In this document: positions 37,725 to 47,850 of the stretch, one piece after another
How positions within the stretch are numbered: position 1 is the first letter of the stretch
Layout of the letters: the number at the start of each line of letters is the position of its first letter
Virus record (IMG/VR): IMGVR_UViG_3300027906_000015
Location: 1 to 59,181 of that record
From: a virus
Taxonomy: Duplodnaviria > Caudoviricetes
DNA length: 59,181 bases
Strand: one strand, 5' to 3'
Made by a program: the position numbers and the translations under genes
The notes under the pieces: generated by a model
Databases searched by the model: none
The model's input: only the letters and a program-made list of their open reading frames with translations
What the model was told of the DNA's origin: nothing

Positions 37725-40289
37725 ATGAATTTTTATACGAACGTATCTCGTTATGGCAATATGTTACTCTATCGTGGAGTAGAAAATGGCAAACGAGTCC
37801 AAAAGAAAATCAAATACAAACCTACACTCTACGTAGGAACAAACAAAGCAACCAAATGGAAATCCTTTACTGGGGTTCCTGTTGCTCCTGTCCAATTCGA
37901 ATCTATGAGAGATGCTAAGAATTGGATTAAAGAAAACGAACATGTAGCAGGTAGGCATATCTTCGGTAATACCAGATATCAATCCTGCTTAATTAATGAT
38001 CTATTCCCAGGTGAAATAGAATTCGATAGAAACCTAATCAATGTTACTTCAATTGATATTGAGGTTCAATCTGATGATGGATTTCCTGAGCCTGGTCCAG
38101 CATTAAAAACTGTAACAGCTATTTGTCTTAAAAATAATATTGATAACACTTATTATGTTTGGGGCTTAGGTGATTATAATGTAGATGCTTCTTATATGAA
38201 AACCAATCGTGTGGTCTATAAGAAATGTGTAGATGAAAAAGAATTACTAATTGAATTTATTAATCACTGGGCTACACCTTCACATACACCTGATATTGTT
38301 ACTGGTTGGAACTCTAAGTTCTTTGATATACCTTATCTGGTTAATAGAATTAGAAGAGTATTTGGTCCAGATCTTGGCGAAGAGAATATTAAAAAGCTTT
38401 CCCCTTGGGGCATGGTCGAACGAAGAGAAGCTAGAATAGCATACAAATCGATGAATCGAGATGAAACATATGAATTCCAGGGAATATCCCAAATGGATTA
38501 TATGGAAGTTTTTAAGAAGTTTGGCTATGCCTATGGGCAACAAGAATCATATTCTCTTAATAATATTGCTCACGTAGTACTTGGTGAAACTAAACTATCC
38601 TATGAAGAACATGGTACATTGTATAACTTATACCAAGCTGATCACCAAAAGTTTATTGATTATAATATTAAAGATGTAGAATTAGTAGATCGATTCGAAG
38701 ATAAAATGGGATTGATTACTCTTGCTCTTACTATAGCATATCGTGGTGGTGTTAACTATAATGATGTGTTTGGTACTACTGCAATTTGGGATACAATCAT
38801 ACATCGTGATTTATATGCTGATAATATTATCATGCCATTCCCGAAAGATCCCCAAGAGAAAACAACTTATGCTGGTGGATATGTTAAAGATCCTCAGATA
38901 GGTTTACATAATCATGTAGTTAGCTTTGACCTTAATTCACTGTATCCTTCCCTAATTATGCAATACAATATGTCACCTGAAACTATAGCTAACGGAGAAA
39001 TGGTTAATGTTGATGTAAATTCTATGCTTGAAGGTAAGCAAAAAGTATACAAAGATGGTTATGGATTATGTGCTAATGGCCAATACTTCCATACTGAAAA
39101 ACAAGGTGTACTTCCTAAGATCGTAGAAGAAATGTACAGTGAACGGGTAGAAGTTAAAAAGCAAATGTTGGATTCACAAAAAGAATTACAAAAAGCTGAT
39201 CCGGAAGATAAGCAAGAAATCTATAGAATACAAAGAGATATATCTCATGCAGAAAATAGACAAATGGCAATTAAGATTCTTCTTAATAGTTTATATGGTG
39301 CTCTAGGTAATCGTTATTTTAGATTCTTTGATCAAAGAATTGCTGAAGGTATTACTTTATCTGGCCAATTGATTATCCGTTGGGGTGAACAATCTATTAA
39401 TAGATACCTAAATAAGCTGCTTCAGACCAACAGAGATTACGTCTTAGCAATCGATACCGATTCCCTATATATTGGGTTAGGTCCATTGGTAGAACAGTTT
39501 AAACCAAGTAATCCAATTGACTTCTTAGATAATGTATGTAAAGAATTAGAAAAAGTATTCATTGATTGCTATGAAAACATCTATCAAAGATATGGTGGTA
39601 TTGAAAATACAATGGTTATGGGTAGAGAAGTTATTGCTGATAGAGGAATATACTTAGCTAAGAAAAGATATATTCTAAATGTAGTTGATAACGAAGGTGT
39701 TAGATTTAAAGTTCCAAAGATTAAAACAATTGGTGTTGAAGCTAACAAATCATCTACACCCGAAGCTTGCCGTAAAGCTTTAATAGAAATGTTTAAAGTT
39801 ATTATCAGTAAAGAAGAAATAGATGTACAAGAAGCTATAGCTCAATTCAAATCTCACTTCTTTACTTTACCCCCGCACGAGATAGCTTTTCCAAGAGGGG
39901 TAAATAATATAACAGGATTCGAAGATACGATCACTTATAAGAATCAAGCTGGTGAAACTATAACCAACAAAACTTATAAGAAAGGAACACCAATACATGT
40001 TCGTGGATCCTTACTTTATAATTGGCAAAGAGAGAAATTGAATTTGATGAAATATCCTAACCTTAGAAATGGCGATAAGATCAAATTTACATATCTTACA
40101 ACCCCAAATCCAATCAAAGAAAATGTTATTGCATTTCCAGACTATTTGCCGGAGGAATTCGGATTACATGATTATGTTGATTATGAGATGCAATTCCAAA
40201 AAACTTTCATCGATGCTATATCCCCTATCCTTAATGCAGTAGGTTGGCATCCTGAGAAGGTTTCTACGTTAGAGGATTTCTTTGGATAA
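37725..40289 (+). CDS. gp43: DNA polymerase family B gp43
   Basis: DIEV exonuclease I, SFDLNSLYPS, KILLNSLYG, IDTDS, KKRY. Confidence 0.98.
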   Translation: MNFYTNVSRYGNMLLYRGVENGKRVQKKIKYKPTLYVGTNKATKWKSFTGVPVAPVQFESMRDAKNWIKENEHVAGRHIFGNTRYQSCLINDLFPGEIEFDRNLINVTSIDIEVQSDDGFPEPGPALKTVTAICLKNNIDNTYYVWGLGDYNVDASYMKTNRVVYKKCVDEKELLIEFINHWATPSHTPDIVTGWNSKFFDIPYLVNRIRRVFGPDLGEENIKKLSPWGMVERREARIAYKSMNRDETYEFQGISQMDYMEVFKKFGYAYGQQESYSLNNIAHVVLGETKLSYEEHGTLYNLYQADHQKFIDYNIKDVELVDRFEDKMGLITLALTIAYRGGVNYNDVFGTTAIWDTIIHRDLYADNIIMPFPKDPQEKTTYAGGYVKDPQIGLHNHVVSFDLNSLYPSLIMQYNMSPETIANGEMVNVDVNSMLEGKQKVYKDGYGLCANGQYFHTEKQGVLPKIVEEMYSERVEVKKQMLDSQKELQKADPEDKQEIYRIQRDISHAENRQMAIKILLNSLYGALGNRYFRFFDQRIAEGITLSGQLIIRWGEQSINRYLNKLLQTNRDYVLAIDTDSLYIGLGPLVEQFKPSNPIDFLDNVCKELEKVFIDCYENIYQRYGGIENTMVMGREVIADRGIYLAKKRYILNVVDNEGVRFKVPKIKTIGVEANKSSTPEACRKALIEMFKVIISKEEIDVQEAIAQFKSHFFTLPPHEIAFPRGVNNITGFEDTITYKNQAGETITNKTYKKGTPIHVRGSLLYNWQREKLNLMKYPNLRNGDKIKFTYLTTPNPIKENVIAFPDYLPEEFGLHDYVDYEMQFQKTFIDAISPILNAVGWHPEKVSTLEDFFG

Positions 40290-40290
40290 A

Positions 40291-40324
40291 GGGGGTTTAC
40301 ATTTAATTAAAACTGTGGTATAAT
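40291..40324 (+). promoter_or_regulatory. sigma70-like promoter
   Basis: GGGGG-TTTACA-17 nt-TATAAT. Confidence 0.9.
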
Positions 40325-40344
40325 ATACCCATTGAGGAAAAAAT

Positions 40345-40632
40345 ATGAAAATAAAATTATTAAGATTAACATCAGGTGAAGAAATTATAGCTGAAATAGC
40401 TAATACATCTGAAGATAGTTATCTAATCAAAGATGCTATTGTTATGATACCAGCTGGTGAAGGTAGAATAGGTTTTATGCCTTTCTTACCTTATACTGAA
40501 GCTAAAGATGGAATATCAATTAGAAAACAAGATGTTATGTTTATTGTTGATCCAATAGAAGATTTAATAGATCAGTTTAGACAAGCTAGATCTGGAATAC
40601 AAACACCACCAAAAGGAATTATTACAGGATGA
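40345..40632 (+). CDS. Sm-like small protein
   Basis: LLRLTSGEEIIA; resembles 25947..26345. Confidence 0.6.
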   Translation: MKIKLLRLTSGEEIIAEIANTSEDSYLIKDAIVMIPAGEGRIGFMPFLPYTEAKDGISIRKQDVMFIVDPIEDLIDQFRQARSGIQTPPKGIITG

Positions 40633-41036
40633 GTTGGGTAAAAGATATAGAAGATATGCAGGATAAATTCGGCGTTCGTAAATGGGTAGAAGATCCTAAA
40701 AATAAAGAACACCTTAAAACCTTCCTAGATTTTAGAATTGATTTTATAAGAGAAGAACTAGAAGAAACAGAAGCAGCCTTAGTTAATATGGATGGAGAAG
40801 AAATAGTTGATGGACTAATTGATTTATGCGTAGTAGCTATTGGAACACTTTTGGCATTCGGTGTTGATGCCGATAAAGCTTGGGACGAAGTTCATAAAGC
40901 TAATATGTCAAAAGAAATAGGAATTAAGAAAGAAAGACCTAATCCTTTAGGACTTCCAGACTTAGCCAAACCAGAGGGTTGGCAACCTCCTTCACATAAA
41001 GGTAACCATGGGGATCTCACTAACAATATTCGATAG
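40629..41036 (+). CDS. MazG-like (PRA-PH/all-alpha) nucleotide pyrophosphohydrolase
   Basis: EELEE...EIVDGLID...VHKANMSK...KPEGWQPP. Confidence 0.8.
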   Translation: MSWVKDIEDMQDKFGVRKWVEDPKNKEHLKTFLDFRIDFIREELEETEAALVNMDGEEIVDGLIDLCVVAIGTLLAFGVDADKAWDEVHKANMSKEIGIKKERPNPLGLPDLAKPEGWQPPSHKGNHGDLTNNIR

Positions 41037-41925
41037 TATATACGATAACAAAACTGTAAAACGTATGGACTATGAATCATTCGAGCAATTCGAATCGGTT
41101 CTCTATAGATTAGCTGAAGGAAATAAATATGAAAAGAAAGCTGATGCACCGCTTATTAGTCCGGCTATATATAAACCTGACACGACTCGGGCGAACGAGA
41201 ATGTTCTTGCTTGGGGTGGTTTTGGTATTGTGGACGTTGATGATTTCAGTGGTGATATAAAGGAGATAGAAAAGAAATATGAAACTTATAAGTATGTTTG
41301 TTATAGCACTGCAAGCAGTAGCGTTAACAGCCCTAAGTTTAGGCTTGTCTTTCCTCTTAATAAATTTATTGATAAAACTGATATCAAGCATTTTTGGTAC
41401 GCATTAAATAAAGAGATAGGAGATATAGCAGATGCCCAAACAAAAGACCTCTCACGTATGTATTACGTTCCCTCAAAATACAAAAACTCATTCAACTTCA
41501 TATTCTCCCACGATGGAGAAATTATGGACCCAGATGAAATTATGGCAAAGCACAAATACATCGTACCATCTGAAAACTTTTACGATAGACTTCCAGATGC
41601 CATTAAAAAAGGATTAATGGAACATCGTAAAGGTCAATTAACAAATACAGATATATCATGGACAGGATATAAAGATTGTCCGTTCGTTAATCAAAAGAAA
41701 ATCCAACAATATAAAGGTTTAAATGAAGGTTGGTATTATGCAATGTATCAATTGATGGTATCAATAGCTGGTAATGCTATAACTAAAGGTTATCCAATTA
41801 CAGCAAAAGAAATAGAATTTATAATTAGAGATTTAGATTCAGAAACAGGGAATTGGTATGTTAAAAGACCAATTAGCAAAGAAGCAGAACGAGCTATTGA
41901 GTTCGTATTTAGGAAAAACATTTAA
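41008..41925 (+). CDS. AEP/PrimPol-type DNA primase
   Basis: ISPA, IVDVD (motif I), YST and KFRLVFPL; helical C-terminal domain. Confidence 0.65.
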   Translation: MGISLTIFDSIYDNKTVKRMDYESFEQFESVLYRLAEGNKYEKKADAPLISPAIYKPDTTRANENVLAWGGFGIVDVDDFSGDIKEIEKKYETYKYVCYSTASSSVNSPKFRLVFPLNKFIDKTDIKHFWYALNKEIGDIADAQTKDLSRMYYVPSKYKNSFNFIFSHDGEIMDPDEIMAKHKYIVPSENFYDRLPDAIKKGLMEHRKGQLTNTDISWTGYKDCPFVNQKKIQQYKGLNEGWYYAMYQLMVSIAGNAITKGYPITAKEIEFIIRDLDSETGNWYVKRPISKEAERAIEFVFRKNI

Positions 41926-42026
41926 TGGAATTATTATTTTATATGGGTATGTTATTTTGGGGATTTTATCTCTTAGTAACTGAAGATATTGAAGATGTTA
42001 AAAGAGATTTTGGGATTAAAGATTAA
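41925..42026 (+). CDS. Small membrane peptide (33 aa)
   Basis: TAATG-coupled; hydrophobic N-terminus; read manually. Confidence 0.45.
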   Translation: MELLFYMGMLFWGFYLLVTEDIEDVKRDFGIKD

Positions 42027-42157
42027 TGGATTTTAATACAATATTTGCTATCATTCTAACTATTTTAGCAGGGTTTGTGGTATATATGCAGCTTCATGTT
42101 ATGCGAGAACAACGTGAGAAAAGACATATACCATTATTTTGGGAAAAAAAGAAATGA
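42026..42157 (+). CDS. Small membrane peptide (43 aa)
   Basis: TAATG-coupled; TM helix and basic tail; read manually. Confidence 0.5.
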   Translation: MDFNTIFAIILTILAGFVVYMQLHVMREQREKRHIPLFWEKKK

Positions 42158-42233
42158 GGGGCTGTAGCTCAGTAGGGAGAGCGACTGGTTTGCATCCAGT
42201 AGGTCGTAGGTTCGATTCCTATCAGCTCCACCA
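42158..42233 (+). tRNA. tRNA-Ala(UGC)
   Basis: Cloverleaf with GGGGCTG/CAGCTCC acceptor stem carrying G3.U70, anticodon TGC, TTCGA T-loop, encoded CCA; 76 nt. Confidence 0.97.
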
Positions 42234-42239
42234 AAACTT

Positions 42240-42491
42240 ATGAATATTGAATTAGCATTATTACAAAACAGACAATGTGTATATGGAACATACGCAGAAG
42301 TAGAAGCATATGCAGAAGAAATAGATTCATGCGTAGAAAGATATTTGGATCACGTAAATCCTTCAACAGTTCAAAAGAATTTTGAATATGTAGGAAAAGG
42401 ATCTGATCCTTATGCAGTAGCAAAACAATTCTATGAATTAGATGAAGAAGGGTTTGCTATAGGTGTTAAAAAGTACAAGGAGAAATTTTGA
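42240..42491 (+). CDS. Hypothetical protein
   Basis: 83 aa ORF in the operon. Confidence 0.6.
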   Translation: MNIELALLQNRQCVYGTYAEVEAYAEEIDSCVERYLDHVNPSTVQKNFEYVGKGSDPYAVAKQFYELDEEGFAIGVKKYKEKF

Positions 42492-43000
42492 ATAAGAATA
42501 GAAAATGGTTTGATATAATATGTGGAACATTAGTTTTTATTGCACTAATATTAGTAGCAAATAAAGCATGGGGATATGATGAGGACGGAGGAAGATATTG
42601 CTTAGCACAAAATATTTATTTTGAAGCTGGTAATCAACCATTCTCAGGTAAAGTAGCAGTAGCAAATGTTACAATGAATCGTGTAGATGATTTACAATTC
42701 CCAAATGAAATATGTGATGTAGTATATCAAACAAAAGAATGGAAAGAATCTTGGAGAGGTACAAAGATACCAGTAAGAGGACAATGCCAATTTAGTTGGT
42801 TCTGTGATGGTAAATCAGATGAACCTAAAGATTCAATTACATGGCTAGAATCAATTAGAATAGCCGATTTAATATTACAAGAAAATGTTATTGATATAAC
42901 AGATGGTGCATTATATTACCACGCAGATTATATCTATCCATATTGGGCTGATCATCTAGAAAGATTAGTTCAAATTGAAGCACATATCTTTTATAAATAG
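42488..43000 (+). CDS. Cell wall hydrolase (SleB/Hydrolase_2)
   Basis: CLAQNIYFEA, VANVTMNRV, CQFSW, GALYYHA, HIFY; N-terminal TM segment. Confidence 0.9.
   Translation: MNKNRKWFDIICGTLVFIALILVANKAWGYDEDGGRYCLAQNIYFEAGNQPFSGKVAVANVTMNRVDDLQFPNEICDVVYQTKEWKESWRGTKIPVRGQCQFSWFCDGKSDEPKDSITWLESIRIADLILQENVIDITDGALYYHADYIYPYWADHLERLVQIEAHIFYK
42992..42999 (+). promoter_or_regulatory. Possible late promoter
   Basis: TATAAATA upstream of 43018. Confidence 0.55.
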
Positions 43001-43017
43001 AATTAGAGGAATAAATT

Positions 43018-43536
43018 ATGCCAAGAAAGAGTAAAAATAAAACAATTAGAAAGGTAGCTAAAGAAACTAAAGTTTCTGAATCAGCTGTACCACAATCTGA
43101 AGTTACTAAAACAATTAAAATTAGAAAAGAAACTACCCCATATGAGGAACTTCAATTCCTAGGTGAGTGGTTAGCTCAAGAATATTTAAGTGTAGAGCTT
43201 AATTATAATCCTCTAGAAGAACATCATCCAACTAGGAATAATAAATTACAAGCATGTGATGGAAAAGATCCTAATGGAAGATCTGTAGAAATTAGAACTA
43301 TGAAAAGATCTGGAACTAATTTCGTATTATCTAAAGATGATCTTAAAGCATTTAAGGAAGCTGAAAGAAGTGTTATATGTGAATATACCAATGCTAATAC
43401 TATTGGAATGTGGGAAATTACAAATATATCTATTCAAGAAAAGAATAAAGAGCTAAGGCTTCCTGTTAAACAATTACAATTATTACTCTCTTTCGACAAT
43501 CAAGAGTTTGCCGAAAAGATGAGAGCTAAGGGGTAA
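43018..43536 (+). CDS. Hypothetical protein, possibly a degenerate PD-(D/E)xK fold
   Basis: LGE...CDG...VEIRT; strong SD. Confidence 0.5.
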   Translation: MPRKSKNKTIRKVAKETKVSESAVPQSEVTKTIKIRKETTPYEELQFLGEWLAQEYLSVELNYNPLEEHHPTRNNKLQACDGKDPNGRSVEIRTMKRSGTNFVLSKDDLKAFKEAERSVICEYTNANTIGMWEITNISIQEKNKELRLPVKQLQLLLSFDNQEFAEKMRAKG

Positions 43537-43539
43537 AAC

Positions 43540-43965
43540 ATGTACGAGTATATGGCAACAATAACAAAAGTAGTAGATGGGGATACAGCTAAGGTAGATG
43601 TAGATCTAGGATTTGGTATGTCTTATAAGAATCAAACAGTAAGGTTCTTTGGGATTGATACTGAAGAATCTAGAACAAGAGATCTTACAGAAAAATGGTA
43701 TGGTAAACTAGCTGCTCAATTTGTAAAAGATAGATTGATTGTTGGAGAAAAATATAAAATGACAACAGCAATCGATAAAGGAAAGTTCGGAAGAATATTA
43801 GGAACTTTTTATTGTGAAGATGAAAATGGTGAATATAACCTTAATGAAAGAATGGTTGAATTGAATCATGCGGTAGCATACTTCGGTCAATCAAAAGAAG
43901 ATATTCAGGAAGGTCATATGGCTAATAGACAAAGATTAGCACAAAGGGGTTTACAACCAGAGTAA
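43540..43965 (+). CDS. SNase/thermonuclease-like endonuclease
   Basis: VVDGDT, RFFGIDTEE, KFGRILG. Confidence 0.85.
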   Translation: MYEYMATITKVVDGDTAKVDVDLGFGMSYKNQTVRFFGIDTEESRTRDLTEKWYGKLAAQFVKDRLIVGEKYKMTTAIDKGKFGRILGTFYCEDENGEYNLNERMVELNHAVAYFGQSKEDIQEGHMANRQRLAQRGLQPE

Positions 43966-43978
43966 ACTGTGGTATAAT
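43946..43978 (+). promoter_or_regulatory. sigma70-like promoter
   Basis: GGGG-TTTACA-17 nt-TATAAT. Confidence 0.85.
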
Positions 43979-43988
43979 ACACTATATT

Positions 43989-44471
43989 ATGATTGAAAAA
44001 TTTGGAATAACTACAAAAGAAACCTTCGACGACAAAATATTAACCCAAGAAAGTTTACAGTGGATTGAAGAAGAATCCTCTCGAATAGCTTCAGGAGTTA
44101 TAGAAGGTAATGTAAGCCGGAATTCTTTAACTGGCAAATATAGAACGTATGAAGATATTAAATCAGATGCCAAAAATGGATTAGTAGCTGAAGCTTATCT
44201 TATACAAGAATATAACTATACAGATAATCCAAAAAGATTTCATGATATAATTACACCAGAAGGTATAGAAGTTGAAATCAAAACTTATAATGGGCATTCA
44301 ATTGCAACCCGATATAACCAAATTTTAAGACTGGAATCACGTAAAACAAAATACCAACATGTTCTTATGTTTAAAAGAACTGATGGGGTTTATACGTTTG
44401 ATTCTTATTGGAAACATAATAATGATACTAGATTGTATGAGGAAGTGAAATGGGGAAATTCAACACATTAA
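43989..44471 (+). CDS. Putative PD-(D/E)xK nuclease
   Basis: GLVAE...HDII...VEIKT. Confidence 0.5.
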   Translation: MIEKFGITTKETFDDKILTQESLQWIEEESSRIASGVIEGNVSRNSLTGKYRTYEDIKSDAKNGLVAEAYLIQEYNYTDNPKRFHDIITPEGIEVEIKTYNGHSIATRYNQILRLESRKTKYQHVLMFKRTDGVYTFDSYWKHNNDTRLYEEVKWGNSTH

Positions 44472-45391
44472 AAAAGTTTAGCACATCAGATGTGCGAACT
44501 GCAATGATTTATTCAAGAGATGAGATACCTGAAGATTATCATGGTAAAGATGTTATTATAGGTGAATGGTTAGGAGAATTATTCCATACACTTACAGATC
44601 AATACTATACCCAAAGTATGAGATCTCAATACTATTATCCAGATGTAAAACCAGAAGGTGGATTCGATAAACACATTTGTCCAGGTCACTGGCAAGGTTA
44701 TAGATGGGCAGTTCAAAACTTTACTGATTACGGAGATTGGGTTTTAGATCCAACAGTTGGTACAGGAACAGCGGTTGTAGAATCTATTAACCACAACAGA
44801 AATGCTATAGGAATAGAATTAGAATTCTCAGAGATTACAAGAAGAACAATACAAACACAATATGATCGTGCTAATGAAGTTGGAAGTGTAGTTCCTTTAG
44901 GTAAGGGAACAATAATAGAAGGTGATGCTAGGGATCTAGATGATCATGTTGGTGATCAAATGTTTGATATGATTATCAATGGAACACCTTATCCAGTTCT
45001 TGGAGGAGGTCAATCAGATGCACCAGAAAGAGGATATACCTCTGCAGGAAGAGGAGCAACAATTCAATATCAAAAGGATAAAAACGTTGGAGTATTAAAA
45101 GGTCAAGTATACTGGGATACGATCTTAGCAATCTATTCAGCTGCTATAAATAAACTAAAGCCCGGTGGAAAATTTATTACTCTTATCAAAGATCCAACTC
45201 AAAACAAAGAACCATATCTTTTACATAAAATGGTAGCTGATATGCTCATGGAAAATCTTCCAGTAAAACCTTATGGAACATTTGTTCATAGACATTTACC
45301 ACAAACATTGTTTATGAATACATATCCAAAAAGATACCCCGAAGTGAACTTACCCCTATACCAAACTGGAACTGTACTAGAAAAAATATAG
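44450..45391 (+). CDS. SAM-dependent amino-methyltransferase-like protein (N4C/N6A type)
   Basis: VLDPTVGTGT SAM motif, GIEL, GDAR; atypical catalytic motif NGTPY. Confidence 0.75.
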   Translation: MGKFNTLKKFSTSDVRTAMIYSRDEIPEDYHGKDVIIGEWLGELFHTLTDQYYTQSMRSQYYYPDVKPEGGFDKHICPGHWQGYRWAVQNFTDYGDWVLDPTVGTGTAVVESINHNRNAIGIELEFSEITRRTIQTQYDRANEVGSVVPLGKGTIIEGDARDLDDHVGDQMFDMIINGTPYPVLGGGQSDAPERGYTSAGRGATIQYQKDKNVGVLKGQVYWDTILAIYSAAINKLKPGGKFITLIKDPTQNKEPYLLHKMVADMLMENLPVKPYGTFVHRHLPQTLFMNTYPKRYPEVNLPLYQTGTVLEKI

Positions 45392-45422
45392 GGTTTACAA
45401 ATGGTCAATTATGTGGTATAAT
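45391..45422 (+). promoter_or_regulatory. sigma70-like promoter
   Basis: GGG-TTTACA-17 nt-TATAAT. Confidence 0.85.
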
Positions 45423-45441
45423 AGACCTAAAGGAAAATATT

Positions 45442-45789
45442 ATGAAACCATTAAATATATTAAAAAATGCTGCTGACTTAATTGTCAGTAAAGGCAATGA
45501 TTACCAAAATCCTAAATCTAGGATTCGCCAAGCAGATTATTATCCAAACGGTGCTCAAACCATTTTAGATATAATGACCGGTAAAGTTAATCGTATGCAT
45601 TCTGTTTTAGATGCTATGCGAGATGATGAAAACTATGTAGAGAACTTTGAATCACTTCACGATTCAGCAGTAGATCTAATTAACTATGCAGCTTTCTTTG
45701 CTGCTTATCTTGATTATGATATTGATGGACAAGATCCTAGTCGAGATATATTCAACAGGATTAAAGATATTGAAAGCGAAAGATCTTAA
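45442..45789 (+). CDS. Nucleotide-modification-associated (Nmad1/DUF1599/DUF6378-like) protein
   Basis: KGNDY...KVNR...DSAVDLINYAAF pattern. Confidence 0.65.
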   Translation: MKPLNILKNAADLIVSKGNDYQNPKSRIRQADYYPNGAQTILDIMTGKVNRMHSVLDAMRDDENYVENFESLHDSAVDLINYAAFFAAYLDYDIDGQDPSRDIFNRIKDIESERS

Positions 45790-46498
45790 AGAAGGGTTAT
45801 ATCGACTTCGTGAGAAATTACTTAACGAAGGATATATTATTGAAACAGAAAGATGGCAAGGTGGTACTGATCATCCTGCTTTCTTAGAAATACTACATGC
45901 TGATATGGTTTGTCCAATGTCAGATACAGCTGAAGAAGCAAATGATTTATTAGGAGCTGTTCAACCATGGGCAGATGAACACTTCGAAGAAAGAGTTGGT
46001 GGTATACCTTGTAACCCACCGCCAAGTCATGTACACTGGTTAAAAGATACAGATAAATATTTAATGGATGAAGCATTTTCTCATTCTTATCCAGAAAGAA
46101 TGTGGCAAGATACAGAACAAATGGGTGTTAGATTTAATATTGCTAATCTAAATACTGCAGTAGAATTACTTAAAAAAGAACCTACAACAAGACAATGTTA
46201 TATACCAATATGGTTTCCAGAAGATGGTACGGCCGCTCTCGCGGGCGAACGCGTCCCGTGCACGTTCGGGTGGCACTTTATGTTACGAGATAATAAATTA
46301 CATTGCGCGTACCACATGCGCTCGTGCGATGTTATGCGTCATTTACATAATGATTTATATTTTGCTAATAGATTATGTTTATGGTTAATAGAACAAACAG
46401 GATTAGATGCAGTACCTGGTACTATACACTTTAGTGCTAGTTCTTTACATTGCTTCGAAGTAGACAAATATTCTTTAAATCAAATAGTAAACGGATAA
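45770..46498 (+). CDS. Thymidylate-synthase-superfamily enzyme, dCMP-modifying type
   Basis: TRQ, catalytic PCT, RSCDVMRHLHND with Asp at the pyrimidine-specificity position, SLH; probable TTG start at 45770. Confidence 0.8.
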   Translation: MKAKDLKEGLYRLREKLLNEGYIIETERWQGGTDHPAFLEILHADMVCPMSDTAEEANDLLGAVQPWADEHFEERVGGIPCNPPPSHVHWLKDTDKYLMDEAFSHSYPERMWQDTEQMGVRFNIANLNTAVELLKKEPTTRQCYIPIWFPEDGTAALAGERVPCTFGWHFMLRDNKLHCAYHMRSCDVMRHLHNDLYFANRLCLWLIEQTGLDAVPGTIHFSASSLHCFEVDKYSLNQIVNG

Positions 46499-47850
46499 TG
46501 TGCGGATTTATAATACACGAAAAAACAACTAAAGAAAACTCTTTACAAAAAATAGGACAAATGTCCTACAGAGGATTACCTGAATATGTAGGGTATCAAC
46601 ATTGGAAAGGTTATGATATGGCTCATACATCTTTACCAATGGTTGATCCAGATCCTAAGATTTCTATTCAACCTATACAAGATCATCCGTGGGAATCTCC
46701 TTCAATGTTCGTTGGAGAAATATTTAATTGGAGAGAGTTCGGTGATTTTGAAAATGATGCTTATATGTTACATCGGGTATTTAAAGAAAACCTAGCTGAA
46801 AATGGTAGTTTAAATATACCACACGTACATGATATCTGGCATTATTTTGATGGTTTCTGGTCTTTTATTACCTTTATTGAAGATCAACCTATTATATTTA
46901 CAGATTTCTTAGGAATTAAACCTGTTTATTATAGAGCAGATCAATTTGCAGCAGCATCAGAACCAAGGGTATTACTTTCATATGGAGAAGTTACACCAAA
47001 CTATTTACATCTTTCAAATGTAATGAAATGGGGTTATGATCCAACAGGTGGAACACCTTGGAATGAAATCAGGCAATTAAAAGCAGGACATTTTCTTTAT
47101 AAAGGTAAAGAAGTATGTTATTGGGATTGGAATAAAGTTCCTTTAATGAATCTCAGAGATGATTTAAGTCAGGCAGTTAATCTAAGATTAGGTGGATTTA
47201 GAGATGCTAGTATCTTATTAAGTGGTGGATTAGATTCATCTATCATATATGGATTAATAAAAGAACAAGGATTACATATAACCCCAATACATGTAAACAA
47301 TCATGAACATAATTATGCAGCTTTAGTTGCAGGTGATGATAAGTTAGTTGAAGTTAATTTAAATAATGTTGGTGATTATGAAGCAGTAGAAATACATCAA
47401 AGTCCTGTAGATTTAGGATCAGTTAAACCCCAAATAGCTATGGCTAGAGAATTAGATAATTTAAATTTTAGAAATGTTTTAACTGGTGATGGTGCTGATG
47501 AATTATTTGGTGGGTATAGTAGAGCAAAAGATTATGATAGCCAATTAAGTGATGTATTCTTAGAATTACCTTATTATCATTTACCTAAATTAGATAGAAC
47601 TATGATGGAACAAACAGTAGAATTACGTGCACCATTCTTAGCTCCATCAGTTATTTGCCACGCATTAAATACACCATATGCAGAAAGGAATGGTGAAAAG
47701 AAAGTATTAAAGAAAATATTTGCTGATCTAGTACCAGACGAAATTCTTGATAGAGAAAAGCATGCACTCAAAACAGACCAAATAAGGAAGGATCCTATGA
47801 AACAAAGACAAATCAATATGACAATTTGGAGAGATTTAAATGGGTTCTAA
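46498..47850 (+). CDS. Asparagine synthetase B-like glutamine amidotransferase
   Basis: Ntn N-terminus MCG (ATG 46498, TAATG-coupled), SGGLDSS, TGDGADELFGGY, LDR...ELRAPFL. Confidence 0.9.
   Translation: MCGFIIHEKTTKENSLQKIGQMSYRGLPEYVGYQHWKGYDMAHTSLPMVDPDPKISIQPIQDHPWESPSMFVGEIFNWREFGDFENDAYMLHRVFKENLAENGSLNIPHVHDIWHYFDGFWSFITFIEDQPIIFTDFLGIKPVYYRADQFAAASEPRVLLSYGEVTPNYLHLSNVMKWGYDPTGGTPWNEIRQLKAGHFLYKGKEVCYWDWNKVPLMNLRDDLSQAVNLRLGGFRDASILLSGGLDSSIIYGLIKEQGLHITPIHVNNHEHNYAALVAGDDKLVEVNLNNVGDYEAVEIHQSPVDLGSVKPQIAMARELDNLNFRNVLTGDGADELFGGYSRAKDYDSQLSDVFLELPYYHLPKLDRTMMEQTVELRAPFLAPSVICHALNTPYAERNGEKKVLKKIFADLVPDEILDREKHALKTDQIRKDPMKQRQINMTIWRDLNGF

Noticed and set aside
46498-47850. AsnB as a simple amino-acid-metabolism auxiliary gene
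   Set aside because: Translational coupling between nucleotide-modifying genes argues for a nucleotide substrate, though this is not formally excluded
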